Shown here: piece after piece, positions 41,446-52,525 of the stretch | How the letters are laid out: every line of letters starts with the position of its first letter | Position numbering within the stretch: position 1 is the stretch's first letter | DNA from: Bacilli bacterium | GTDB lineage: Bacteria; Bacillota_I; Bacilli_A; RFN20; CAG-826 | Assembly: GCA_022482735.1 (NCBI GenBank) | Contig: JAKVOO010000001.1 | Span: 838,837-902,836 of the forward strand | Direction: 5' to 3' | DNA length: 64,000 nucleotides | Notes under the pieces: model-generated | What the model saw: only the letters and a program-made list of their open reading frames with translations | The model's database searches: none | Told to the model about the DNA's origin: nothing | Position numbers and translations under genes: made by a program

Positions 41446-42743
41446 TAGTTTATCTCGATATTGGGGTAAGTATTTCTTACGGTATTTTTAAATTGTGCCC
41501 AAGTCTTATCCAGTGTTTCGTAGCCACTATGACGAGTGGCATATGCAACAGCGCATTCTGAGAAAATTGCGCCGATTGATCCATCATATATGGAAACATT
41601 TTTCCCTGTAATTGACTCGGTTATTTCTTCAAATAATGGATAAGGATTTTGTCCCTGAAGAAAAGAGTTAGAAAAATCATTTTCAACTGCTTCTACAGTT
41701 AGTTTGTTCCCCGAGAAATCAGATTTATCCAATGCCCAGGCCTGAAGATAATCTTGATCGAAAGCCCGATAGTTCAAAAAGTCTTTTACAGCATTGGAAA
41801 CGGTCGTTCCTTTAATCCCAGCAAACCATGTCCCTCCATCAAAATATGGAGCTGGTCCTTGAATAAATCCCCAATCGTTTTCTGAAGTTTGATCACCTAA
41901 AGTTGCATTGGCCTCAAGATGATAATGAAGACCCCATGCCGCTAAAAAATAGCCAAATACATCGTTGCCTGATATGTCGCTAAACCATCCGCCACCTGGA
42001 TAGTATTCAACAGTTTCATTACTATACTTTTCGTCTTGCATCGTCCTCGTTAAATCTAAATAAGTGTTCCATTGTGGGTCTATTACTAGTTTTCCATCTT
42101 CCACCCAGCGTTGTTCACGTGTTCGATTAAACACTTTTTGGGCGGCATTAACATTAGAAACAATTTTCTTATCATTAGCTTTTAATTCAGCCGCTACATT
42201 TAAGAAATCATTCCAATTCGACAATTTTGTTTGAACGAAATCAGGAGAATCATCGCCCCATAATTGATCTGCAAAACTCCGTCGATAAAAGAATCCTCCC
42301 GGTGAAGCTTGATTGGATATAGCATATAGATTGCCATCATCTGCCGTGCCAACTTCATTTGTATATTCAAATAATTCTTGGTTGGCTCTTTCGGATAACC
42401 CTAGTTCGGTCAAATTAAGCAGTCTTCCACTTTCGACATATTTTCGAACGAAACTAATTTCCAGGGCAACCACATCAGGTAGGTTTTTACCAGTTCTAAG
42501 TGCCCCATCCAATTGCGTTTGATATGCATCTAATGGTTTAGTTACAATTGTTATCTTCTTTTCGGGGAAAGCCACTGAATAGTACTTTTCAATTGATTCT
42601 TTGGTTTCACTACTATATGTCCAAACAACCATAGCGCGGTTTTCATCTTCTCCCGATGAAAGATTTACATTTGTTCCGCCACATGATGCAAGAAGAAAAA
42701 GAAAGGCAAAATCAGTAAAAATCAAATTCTTAATTTTTTTCAT
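41445..42743 (-). CDS. Extracellular solute-binding lipoprotein (sugar ABC transporter).
   Basis: MKKIKNLIFTDFAFLFLLASCGG lipobox. 432 aa. Confidence 0.8.
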   Translation of the reverse strand: MKKIKNLIFTDFAFLFLLASCGGTNVNLSSGEDENRAMVVWTYSSETKESIEKYYSVAFPEKKITIVTKPLDAYQTQLDGALRTGKNLPDVVALEISFVRKYVESGRLLNLTELGLSERANQELFEYTNEVGTADDGNLYAISNQASPGGFFYRRSFADQLWGDDSPDFVQTKLSNWNDFLNVAAELKANDKKIVSNVNAAQKVFNRTREQRWVEDGKLVIDPQWNTYLDLTRTMQDEKYSNETVEYYPGGGWFSDISGNDVFGYFLAAWGLHYHLEANATLGDQTSENDWGFIQGPAPYFDGGTWFAGIKGTTVSNAVKDFLNYRAFDQDYLQAWALDKSDFSGNKLTVEAVENDFSNSFLQGQNPYPLFEEITESITGKNVSIYDGSIGAIFSECAVAYATRHSGYETLDKTWAQFKNTVRNTYPNIEIN

Positions 42744-42919
42744 ATAAATGTTCCTTTGAGTAATTTTTCAACTATGTAACCGCTTCTTCAATAAAATGTT
42801 ACGCTGACCACTTAAAGCAAGTCAAGTAATATTTATTAAATGATGAATTTTTTATTAACATTCATATTTTGTTGAATTTTAACTTGATTGTTTCTATCCT
42901 TTGTGTAAAATAATGGTAT

Positions 42920-43853
42920 ATGGCAAAATCAGTAACTTACACGCTGGAAAATGAAGAACAAATCGAGAAGATAGCTAGTGCTTTATCTTCCCCTTTAAGA
43001 CGACAAATAATTCGCCTTTCAACCGAATCGGGTTATTCTATTAAGGAACTAGCCGCGATTCTTAATCTTCCTTTATCTACTATTTCTACCCAAGTTAAAA
43101 AACTTAGTGAGGCCGGTTTAGTAACCGTTGCTAAGAATCCGGGAATTAAAGGTAACAATAAGGTGGTCTATCAGTTAATATCCAATGTGAACTTTAACTT
43201 GAGTATCTTTCAGAAGACAAAAGCAACGACGCGGTTAGTTGAGGTTCCCATCGGTTCATATTCGGCATTTGAAGTTGAGCCAACCTGTGGCTTGGTTAAC
43301 TCGCAGGGACTTATTCTTGGCTATGATAACCCCCATGCATTCTATTCTCCTGATCGGTTTTCTGCTGAGTTAGTATATTTTTCACGAGGATTTATTGAAT
43401 ATACCATTCCTCTTGATGATGACAGTCGGGGGCGAGTAACAGCCATATCCTGCAGTTTGGAATTATGTTCCGAGGCGCCTATGTCCAATTCCGATTGGAA
43501 AAGCGATATAACTTTTTGGCTTAATCAAAAAGAAGTGGGAACCTATCATTCTCTAGGCGACTATGGTGATCGGATGGGAAAGAATACGCCTGTTTCGTGG
43601 CCTTCCAACGCGTCACAATACGGAATGCTCGGTGAAGATAACCATCAATGAGCATGGTTCCTATATCAACGGTTCACTGGTTTCTAATCTAACCATTGAT
43701 AATCTTCCCTTAACCGACAGCCTTCTTCATTTTCGGATTGGATTTAAAGACGATGCCAAATATGTCGGGGGCGTTAATATCTTCGGTAAAAATTTCGGTG
43801 ATCATTCGCAAAATATTATCTTCCAAGTCACCTATGATGGATGTAAAGAATAA
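42920..43853 (+). CDS. ArsR-type wHTH regulator with a novel C-terminal domain, paralog of 25395..26326. One frameshift splits it into ORFs 42920..43651 and 43563..43853.
   Basis: HTH 'SSPLRRQIIRLSTESGYSIKELAAILNLPLSTISTQVKKLSEAGLV'. The C-terminal domain has 'ELCSEAP.SNSDWKSDITFWLNQKEVGTYHSLGDYGDRMGKNTP' and, after the shift, '..HFRIGFKDDAKYVGGVNIFGKNFGD'. Confidence 0.7.
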
Positions 43854-43867
43854 CCTAGAGGTAATTT

Positions 43868-45254
43868 ATGTTTTCTAAAGATTTTATTTGGGGAGCAGCA
43901 ACATCAGCGGCTCAAATTGAAGGTGCAGAATACGAAGACGGAAAAACGTCATCCATTTGGGATATAGCTTCTAGAATGAATGATGGGCGCTTTTCTCGCT
44001 TTCAAAAAACTCCGCTATCGTCATGCGATCATTACCATCGTTTTATAGAAGATGTTGCCATTATGAAAAAAATAGGATTAAAAGCTTATCGTTTTTCCAT
44101 AAGTTGGACGCGATTGATGAAAGAAGATATGAATACAATCAACCCCAAAGGTCTTCTTTTTTATAATCGGCTAATTGATGCCTTGCTTGAAGCCGGCATT
44201 GAGCCATTTATTACTATTTTCCATTGGGATTATCCACAAAGTCTTCTTGATCAAGGTGGATGGCAAAATGATAAATCTGTGACTTGGTTTGCCGAATACG
44301 CTAAAACAGTTGTCGAGCTTTTTTCCGATAGAGTTAAAAAATTCATAACTATTAACGAACCTGAGTGTTTTGTAAATCTCGGCTATTTAGATAAAAGGCA
44401 CGCCCCTTACTACCAGTTGCCTGAAGATGCTGTCTTCAAAATTGCTCACAATGTTTTAAAAGCTAATGGCTTAGCGACGATTTTAATGCGGCAAGTTGCA
44501 AAACAAAAAATTGAAATTGGACAGGCTTTTGCTTTAACTGGAGCTATTCCATTTTCTGAAGATGATAAAGATATTAATGCGGCAAAACATTGCTTTTTTA
44601 ATCATCCAGATAGTTCTTTTTGGGGTACTTGGTTTCTTGATACCATTATGAATGGGGAATATGACAAAAAGCGTCTGGCAAAAATTTCAATATCACCTGA
44701 TGTTCTAGATAAAGATATGAGAATAATTCACCAGACACCAGATTTTATAGGTTTCAATATGTACTCGGGAACACTGACAAAGCACTTAGGCGAAAATGAT
44801 TATCAACGCATGCCTGATCCCAATTGATTCCGACTATACAATGATGGACATTCCTATTGCCCCTTCTTGCCTATATTGGGCGGCAAGATTTCTATATGAA
44901 AAATATCATCTTCCAATCTACATAATGGAAAATGGCGTCGCAATCACCGATAGTCCCGATGAGAACGGCGACATAGACGATCCAGCACGTATAAATTTCA
45001 TTCGCGAGCACTTGATACACTTAAGTCGTGCATTAAAAGAAAAAATTGATGTTCGCGGTTACTTCTACTGGTCACTTTTAGACAATTATGAATGGGCCCA
45101 TGGCTATAGCAGAAGATTTGGGCTGGTCAGAGTTAACTTTGAAAATTATAAAAGGACTTTAAAAAAATCAGCTTACTGGTATGCTTCATTGATAAAAAGT
45201 AATGGCGAAATTTTAGAAAAGGAAAGGGTCGATAAAAATTATGGAAACTTATAA
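43868..45254 (+). CDS. GH1-family beta-glucosidase/6-phospho-beta-glucosidase. A frameshift near 44796..44827 splits it into two ORFs.
   Basis: N-terminus 'FIWGAATSAAQIEGA'. Acid/base 'FITINEPECF'. The nucleophile 'YIMENGVA' lies in the second ORF. The C-terminus 'WSLLDNYEWAHGYSRRFGLV' is classic GH1. Confidence 0.85.
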
Positions 45255-46505
45255 AACAAGTGTGCTTGTAGTAGGCGGAGGGCCTTCTGGTTTAGCGGCA
45301 GCTGTAAGTTGCTCAAGACTTGGAATAAAAACAACTTTAATTGAGCGCTTTGGTATTGTAGGAGGAAATCTTACTTTAGGACATGTTGCTCCTATTATGG
45401 GGGATGTTAGTCATGGAACAATCGTTGATGAAGTAATTAATTTGCTTAACCTAAAATGGGATGTCGCCCATGATATTGAAAAGACAAAAATTGCTCTTTC
45501 AAATTGGCTGGCTAACGAAAAAGTGGATTTATTTCTTCAAACAGTTGCCATTGGAACAATTATGGAAGGAAATACGATTAAAGGGGTTATTGCAAACAAT
45601 CCCTCCTGGTAACTTTCAAATTGATGCGGACATTATTATCGATGCAACCGGCAATGGTTCAGTTGCCGCTTTTGCTGGAGCTGACTATGAAATCGGTCGT
45701 ACAAAAGGATGGACTTACGCAACCTACAACCATTATGTTTACCATAAGTAATATCAGTCCCCTACAAAAAATTGAATGCCGGCACGAGGAAGATGATACC
45801 ATTCTTCCTGAAGGCAGTTACCTTGGTCTTTGTCGAAAAGCATCACTTACTGGCGAATTGCCAAAGAATGTCAACATCGTTCGTTTGTATCGCTGCGAAA
45901 AGCCAGACGAAAGAGTTGTAAATGCCACACAAGCCAATGGAGTTAATGGCTTAGATGGTCAGCAATTAGCTAAAGCAGAAAATATTTTGCGCCAACAAGA
46001 AGAAATGATTTTTAATTTTTTGAAAAAGCATGTCCCGGGATTTGAAGATTCCCAAATCAAAAAAAGCGCTGATACCGTCGGAGTAAGGGAGACAAGACGA
46101 ATTATTGGAGAATACCAACTTACCGACATTGATTTAATGAATGGGCAAAGATTTAATGATGTTATGGTTCACAAGGCAAATTTCGCCATTGATATCCATA
46201 ATCCATCTGGCCCTGGGCAATCTGAATCTGATGGATGTCCTCGCCACCCTAAACCATATGACATCCCCTATCGCTGCTTTGTCCCTAAAAAAATTGACAA
46301 TCTATTTGTAACAGGACGCTGCATATCCGGAACTCACGAAGCTCACGCTAGTTATCGAGTAATGCGCATATGTATGGCTATGGGGCAGTCAATCGGTACT
46401 GCAGCCGGACTTTGTTTAAAGGAAAAACAAATTCCAAGAACTTTAGATTATAGAAAAGTTCAAGAAGCGTTAATGGCTGTTGGCGTTGATTTATTCAGCG
46501 AATAA
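45241..46505 (+). CDS. FAD-dependent oxidoreductase (FAD_oxidored/PF12831-like). Two frameshifts (~45600 and ~45720) split it into three ORFs.
   Basis: Rossmann motif 'VLVVGGGPSGLAAAV'. The middle ORF has 'IDADIIIDATGNGSVAAFAGADYEIGR'. A long C-terminal domain follows. Confidence 0.75.
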
Positions 46506-46512
46506 TAGATGA

Positions 46513-46546
46513 AATTAAAACCGGAGATTTAACTCCGGTTTTTGTA
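46513..46546. terminator. Rho-independent terminator between convergent genes, with T/A runs on both flanks.
   Basis: AAACCGGAG-ATTTAA-CTCCGGTTT stem-loop followed by TTGT and preceded by AAATTAAA. Confidence 0.7.
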
Positions 46547-46607
46547 ACTTTAATAATAGTAATTCCGCCATCAAATCATGATAAACTAATGCGATTAATA
46601 ATTTTTT

Positions 46608-47597
46608 TTATGCATCGATCACTTTAGCATCCTTAATAAAACGCCTTACTGACTCAATCGCTGAAAGCGCAGACTCTTTACTGCTATAGGTTTCACCAAC
46701 AACCAGCACTTGATTGATTGAAGAATAGAGTTTAAATTGGTACCGATTTTGCTTGTCGCGATTAACCCGGAAAATTCCTTTTTCCATGACGCTATTTTTA
46801 ATCGCCTCAATTCCTTTAAGAACGGTGGCTTTACTGGCATAGATATCGGTAACAAACAACACTTCACCATTAGAGGCTTTTAAAGTGGCTTGATATTTTT
46901 TACCTTCAATAACTTTTATTTCTATCTTGCCATTACTATTTGTTTCAATTGGTTGCACTTCGACAATTTCTTCCCTGACTTCCGCACTAGGAATATCTTC
47001 CAATTGAATAATCTTATCAGTTAAAGCAAATTTCTCCGTAGAAGCTAAAGCCTTTTCTGCGCTGGTTTGCTTATCATAGAATTCACCGGCTAAAATAACC
47101 CGGGCTCCATTGGTGGTATATATTCTAAACTGAGCAAATCCATTTTTGTCTACAACTATAACACCTTTACCAAGGGCTATATTCTTTTTTAAAGTCGCAA
47201 TTCCCGTTTCCGCGCCGTTTCGACTTGTGTAGCCACCGCTTACTAAAAGAATTTCCCCGTTAGAGGCTTTAAGCCGATACTTAAACAAGCCCGCTTCAGG
47301 AAATATTTCATACTTGCCACTATAACGATCATTTGCTTTATCATCTTTAGTCAAGGCTGGTTTCTTGGTTTTAATCGTTTCCACCTTTTGTTCATCTGTC
47401 TTCTTGCTTGCCGCTACTGAAACCGGTTTTTTCTTTTCGACCGCAACCGTTTCCTTCGGCTTAATTGTTTCAACGGCTGGCTCTTCCTTTTTCGTAGCCA
47501 CAACCTTTTCTTCTTTTAAAGCATTGGTTTTTTCCGCTTCCGCCTGCTTTTGAGCTAAAGCTTTTTGTTTTTTCTTTTTACGCCAAAAAAAGCACAT
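46608..47597 (-). CDS. DUF1508 (YegP/UPF0339) repeat protein with four tandem DUF1508 domains after a Lys/Glu-rich low-complexity N-terminal region.
   Basis: The DUF1508 signature 'G(K/R)(Y/F)E(I/F)...G.(F/Y)(R/K)(F/Y)RLKA.NG(E/Q)(I/V)(L/I)..S.GY.S' recurs four times. Start chosen at the ATG at 47597, which has a GGAGGAA RBS. Confidence 0.75.
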   Translation of the reverse strand: MCFFWRKKKKQKALAQKQAEAEKTNALKEEKVVATKKEEPAVETIKPKETVAVEKKKPVSVAASKKTDEQKVETIKTKKPALTKDDKANDRYSGKYEIFPEAGLFKYRLKASNGEILLVSGGYTSRNGAETGIATLKKNIALGKGVIVVDKNGFAQFRIYTTNGARVILAGEFYDKQTSAEKALASTEKFALTDKIIQLEDIPSAEVREEIVEVQPIETNSNGKIEIKVIEGKKYQATLKASNGEVLFVTDIYASKATVLKGIEAIKNSVMEKGIFRVNRDKQNRYQFKLYSSINQVLVVGETYSSKESALSAIESVRRFIKDAKVIDA

Positions 47598-47943
47598 ACA
47601 AAGTTCCTCCACTTAATATATTAATTATAACTTAATATTTTATAAAACTGTTAATAAATGCTTATTAAAATCGTATTTCCTTATTCTATTTATCTTGTCG
47701 ATAAAAGTAACAAATATTTTAATAATTATCTTTTTATAATTACCGATTGCTCTTTGCTGGCTGTAGCAATTTTTAGAAGTAAAAGAATAAATTCACTTAA
47801 AAAATAGCAACTCAAAGTAATGGAATTGCTAGTATTCTATGCTTTATTTAATTATTAATATTGGCGCTACTATCATATTTTTAGCAACAAACATTAAAAA
47901 ACATTTTTTAGTCTTTTATTAGAGTCAAACTTCTGACTTTAAC

Positions 47944-48693
47944 CTAGATAGCTATATTAAGAACAACCGGGCAATGATCCGAGCCTTCAACTTCATCCAA
48001 AATAAGTGCATCGACGATTTTGTCTTTGATTTTTTCTGAAACAACAAAATAATCAATCCGCCAACCAATGCCCTTTTCTCGAGCATGAAAACGATATGAC
48101 CACCAGGAATAACGGATGGTTTCTGGGTATAAAAACCGAAAGGAATCAACAAATCCGCTTTTTAGAAGAAGCGAGAATTTTTCCCTTTCCTCATCGCTGA
48201 ATCCTGGATTAAAATGATTGGCCTTAGGATTTTTTAAATCAATCTCTTGATGGGCAACATTTAAATCACCGCAAAGAATAACCGGTTTAATCCTATCCAA
48301 CTCAATTAAGTATTCACGAAGTTTGTCCTCAAAAGTCATCCGATATGGTAGGCGTCTTAATTCTTCCTGCGAATTGGGAGTATAGGAAGTCATAAGATAA
48401 AAGTCTTCAAATTCAGCAGTTATAATACGCCCCTCGTCATTATACTCACCATGTATTCCGTAAGTGACATTTAAGGGCTTTTTCTTTGTTATAATTGCCG
48501 TTCCTGAATATCCCTTTTTATCGGCCGAATTCATATATAAGTAGTAGCCAGGAAAATCTATTTCTAATTGCTCTGGTTGCATTTTCGTTTCTTGAATGCA
48601 AAATGCATCGGCCTTCTCTTGATTAAAAAATTCAATAAAACCTTTATTTATCGCCGCTCGTAGGCCATTAGTATTCCAAGAAATTAATTTCAT
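47944..48693 (-). CDS. xth: Exodeoxyribonuclease III (AP endonuclease, Xth family).
   Basis: 'MKLISWNTNGLRA' start with 'FCIQETK', 'LCGDLNVAHQEIDL' and 'SDHCPV' motifs. Confidence 0.9.
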   Translation of the reverse strand: MKLISWNTNGLRAAINKGFIEFFNQEKADAFCIQETKMQPEQLEIDFPGYYLYMNSADKKGYSGTAIITKKKPLNVTYGIHGEYNDEGRIITAEFEDFYLMTSYTPNSQEELRRLPYRMTFEDKLREYLIELDRIKPVILCGDLNVAHQEIDLKNPKANHFNPGFSDEEREKFSLLLKSGFVDSFRFLYPETIRYSWWSYRFHAREKGIGWRIDYFVVSEKIKDKIVDALILDEVEGSDHCPVVLNIAI

Positions 48694-48877
48694 AAAATAA
48701 AACCTCGTTTTTATTATAAACAATATCAACCAAAGGATAAACCTTTTAACTTTTTATAAAAATACGCTTGGTTTAAAAAACTAACTATTATTCGGCTATT
48801 TTTTATATATAAAGTGGTCTAAAAATCCACCTTTTGCCTAATTTATTAAATAACACTTTCTAAAGTACACTTAATAA

Positions 48878-50142
48878 TTAATCATAAAATAAACTTGTTA
48901 TCTCTATTGGATAAGGATACCCATATGGTTCTCCCCAAGCAAATATTCTTCCTAAAGATGTCACTGCTATCGAAAAAGATAGTCCAGCAAAAACATCAAT
49001 TATTGTTTCATCCGTATCAATCCAAAAGTCTGAAGTTATATCTATAAAAAATGGATAAGAAGGATCCCCTCCCCACTTTATTTGGCCTTGGCTGTTGTCT
49101 CCCCACCCAATCACATTACCTAAATCAGTTACCATTAGAAAACAACCTGGGCCAGAAGATAAGTTTGTTATCTTCTCATCTATACCAAGATACGTATAGG
49201 AAATTTGTTGCGGTCGTGGGTTTCCATACGTTTGATTATCGGGACTTTCTGGATCCTCATAAAGCACTCGATTTTGAGAAGTTAAGGCCAAAAATTTATC
49301 TCCCCAAATCGAGACCTTATCTATATTTTCTCCCATATTAAGGAAGAAACGATATTCCACGGAGGGACGCCAGACTGTATTATTATAGTCATCGTAATTT
49401 TCTCCCCAAACAAAAATTGAACCCATATCTGTTAAAGGCCAAAGATTGATTGCCCCCGGAAAATATTTTTGTCACCTTTTCATCTTGATTATAAATATCT
49501 AAATCTGAAGTGATATCGGTTGGAACTGGGTAACTATCTATTGCGAGGGGGCCAACTTGCCGGTAGTTATTTCTTCCCCAAGCAAATATTCTTCCAAATG
49601 AGGACAAAGCTAAGGAGTGTTCAAACCCAGCAGAAATCATCACAATAAATTCGTCCTTCGCTTAGTCCAAATTGAAACGTTATGTCTCCCGGATAAGTTC
49701 CATCATAGGAATATCCTAATTGGCCATAAACATTTGAGCCCCAAATAAACACTCTATTATATGATGTTAAGGCAATGGAATGCTCGCCTCCGACAGAAAC
49801 CATCGTAACTACTTCATCTTCTTCATACCCGATTCTATCAGTTATATCAATCGGTATCGAACTATTCATACCAGAGCCATCTCCCAGTTGCCCATAGTTA
49901 TTTTGTCCCCACGCAAAGACTTTTTTATTTGGTGTTAAGGCAATAGAATGTCCATATTTTGCATCCACGAAAAAAGCCGTTTCCTGAGCAAACTCCCAAT
50001 CGCCAAAATTAATGGGGACTACTCCCGCTTCATCCGTTTCGCCAGCGCGGGCAAACGGGCCAAATTCTGCGTGTCCAACTGCTATATTTCCAAAAACGAT
50101 AGTAAAAAAAGCCATTAGAATAGTTTTAGATTGTTTTTTCAT
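48878..50142 (-). CDS. Secreted RCC1-repeat (beta-propeller) protein. Two frameshifts (~49400 and ~49630) split it into three ORFs.
   Basis: Signal peptide MKKQSKTILMAFFTIVFGNIAVGHA. Repeated 'VFAWG.N.YGQLG' and 'GG.HS.AL' units in all three ORFs. Confidence 0.7.
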
Positions 50143-50348
50143 AGTAACCATTTGTTTAACATTAGGAAGTTTATTTTTCAACTATCATGTAATGCAACGA
50201 GGTTTTTTAGTAATTAAATAATTTATTTAACTCTTAATACATTTCTTTTAAAATAAAAAAAATGCCAATGCCTTAACTTTCTTTCTTTTTTTGATATGAT
50301 TGAAGAGGAAATAAATCACTCATATTATTTTCATATTGAGGATCAAGC

Positions 50349-51322
50349 ATGAAAAACTTTGCGGTAGTTGGAACTAATTTTATATCGGATGCCTTTATGA
50401 ATGAAATAGTCCTTCATCCTGATTGCAAGGTTATCGGTGTATTGGCTAGTAGCCTAGAAAAAGCCCGACTTTTTGCTACCCGTTATCAAATAAAGAAAAT
50501 CTACACTTCCATTGAAGAAATAGCTTTTGACCGGAATATAGATGCGGTTTATATTGCCACGCCAAATCAAAATCATTATCCGATGGCTAAAGTGTTAATT
50601 AATGCTCATAAGGCAGTTTTACTTGAAAAGCCTTTTACCATCACTTTAGAGGAAGCAAATGACCTCATTGGCTTAGCGGCGATGAATAACACCCTTATCA
50701 TGGAGAATATGCGCGTCTATTATGACCCAGCTTTTTCGGTTATCCGTGAGCAGATAAAACGAATTGGAAGAATTAAAGTTTTACTTTGCGAATGGAAAAA
50801 CAGTCCTCACGCTACAGTAAATATCTTCATCATGAATACATTTCAACCTTTGATCCTAAAAAAGGCAATGCCGCTATCTTAGACTTAGGAGTTTATTTAA
50901 TCGCTGCCACGATGGAATTATTCTCTAATCCCATCAATATCACCGGCCAATCGTTTTTTCTTGAAAATGGAATGGAAAAAAATGGTTTTATGACAGTAAA
51001 ATTTGAAGATTTTTTGGGTACCCTTTTTTACTCGAAAGTAGTAGATAATACTCAACCTTCCATCATTGAAGGAGAAAAAGGCAATATATATATTACTGAT
51101 ATCGCTAATCCCACTAAAGTGAGCATTAATTGGAATGAAAAAAAAGACGAGGAAATAGTTTTCTATCGTCCGCAAGTTAATTATATGAACTACACGCTTC
51201 CAGTTTTTGTAAAGGCACTAGAAAATAGTGGTGATTTTTCGAGTTCGCTTGTGGAAAAGACATCTTTTTGCATGAGCGTTGTGGATTTTTTAATCAAGCA
51301 CAATGGTATTAAATTCAATTAG
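50349..51322 (+). CDS. Gfo/Idh/MocA-family oxidoreductase, frameshifted near 50790..50880.
   Basis: N-terminal Rossmann 'MKNFAVVGTNFISDAFMNEI' and 'VYIATPNQNHYPMAKVLINAHKAVLLEKPF'. The C-terminal alpha/beta domain is in the second ORF. Confidence 0.7.
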
Positions 51323-51861
51323 TTAAATGTCTTAACCAGTACTAATCCTGTGCTTGGACATTTATTTTCTTCAATAAAGAAATTCTTTAGGTCAAATGCC
51401 AATTTAAAATTTTGTTTATGGTAAATATTAATTGCTTGGACCCAGTTTTCATTAACGATGAGCACCGCCTTCTCTAGTTGATGAAATTTATTTTTGATGT
51501 CGCTTAAAAAATAGTCGAAAAAATAGGTTCCCAACCCTCGGCCCCTAAATTTAGGATTTAGTTCGAATGAAGAAATGTATAGTACCGTTCCCTGCCGGTT
51601 AAAAACATCGGCGATCGAATGATTAATGGCTAAGTGATTATTATCTTTCGTTGGCAAACTCGACCAGATTTCCGAAGTCAAAAATCCAATTACTTGTTTT
51701 TGATATAAGAAAATATAGAAGCCATCTGCAAAATGAGTTATCCGTTCGCGATAAACGTCAATACTTTCCTGCGTCACCAAATTAAAAGACTGGCTTTCAA
51801 TGTCCATAATTATTGGTAAATCGCTTAACTTTGCTTGCCTGACAAGATATTTTTCCATCAT
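51319..51861 (-). CDS. GNAT-family N-acetyltransferase.
   Basis: Acetyl-CoA-binding motif 'NPKFRGRGLGTYFFDYFL'. Confidence 0.8.
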   Translation of the reverse strand: MMEKYLVRQAKLSDLPIIMDIESQSFNLVTQESIDVYRERITHFADGFYIFLYQKQVIGFLTSEIWSSLPTKDNNHLAINHSIADVFNRQGTVLYISSFELNPKFRGRGLGTYFFDYFLSDIKNKFHQLEKAVLIVNENWVQAINIYHKQNFKLAFDLKNFFIEENKCPSTGLVLVKTFN

Positions 51862-51862
51862 A

Positions 51863-52459
51863 TTAAATTAAAGGGACATTGATCTTTTTTAAGATATTAT
51901 CTTCATCATTAAGAACGCTACATCCTTCTTGATCGCGATATTCATGCCATAATTTAGCCAAACGGAAGACATTAACATAGTACTTTTGACAGGGTAACAA
52001 TTCAATTTCTTGCACTCGCGCATTATTTATTAAAAGAAAAAATTGATAAGCAAACAAATCATCGATCATCCAAATTTTTATTATCTTTCTTGATATTAAC
52101 GAATAGATTACCTCAAAAAAGGTCATATAGGCTGCAATCGCAGAAATATCATCTTCGGTAAATGGATTCTTCGTTTTGTCTGTTCGCTCGTACTTCTCCA
52201 TTTTTAAAAACAAGTCGTATGTCAACTTATTTTCTGTGAACTGCTTGTTGAGATTAACGATAAACTCGCCCTCATTAAGGCGCTTATTCTTGTTCATCTG
52301 AAGCCAGATAGCGCAGGCTCCAATAACGGCAGTAATGGTAGTGATCGCCTGGCCAATGAATTCATCGTGGAAAACCATAACCAATGTTCCTGAAGTAATG
52401 GAAGAAAGAATAATCAAACCAACAATAATCGGCGTGACAAAATCCTTGTGTGTGTTCAT
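51863..52459 (-). CDS. Hypothetical membrane protein (two N-terminal TM segments).
   Basis: ORF with hydrophobic N-terminus and no recognisable domain. Separated by 1 bp from the GNAT gene. Confidence 0.4.
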   Translation of the reverse strand: MNTHKDFVTPIIVGLIILSSITSGTLVMVFHDEFIGQAITTITAVIGACAIWLQMNKNKRLNEGEFIVNLNKQFTENKLTYDLFLKMEKYERTDKTKNPFTEDDISAIAAYMTFFEVIYSLISRKIIKIWMIDDLFAYQFFLLINNARVQEIELLPCQKYYVNVFRLAKLWHEYRDQEGCSVLNDEDNILKKINVPLI

Positions 52460-52525
52460 ATATTTTTCCCTATTTTATTTATGATAGCACGAATAAGCTT
52501 TTACATGAATTGAACATTAGCCAGA

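Noticed and set aside
42744-42919. cre-like sequence TGTAACCGCTTCTT in the operon 3 / ArsR-like divergent promoter region.
   Set aside because: It matches the cre consensus at only ~9-10 of 14 positions and the symmetry is poor. That is too weak to call without a genome-wide PWM.
47613-47943. 331-bp AT-rich intergenic region downstream of xth, screened for a terminator or small RNA.
   Set aside because: It holds only a weak AGTCA...TGACT inverted repeat (47921..47936) without a convincing U-tract. There is no conserved structure or ORF, so nothing was reported.
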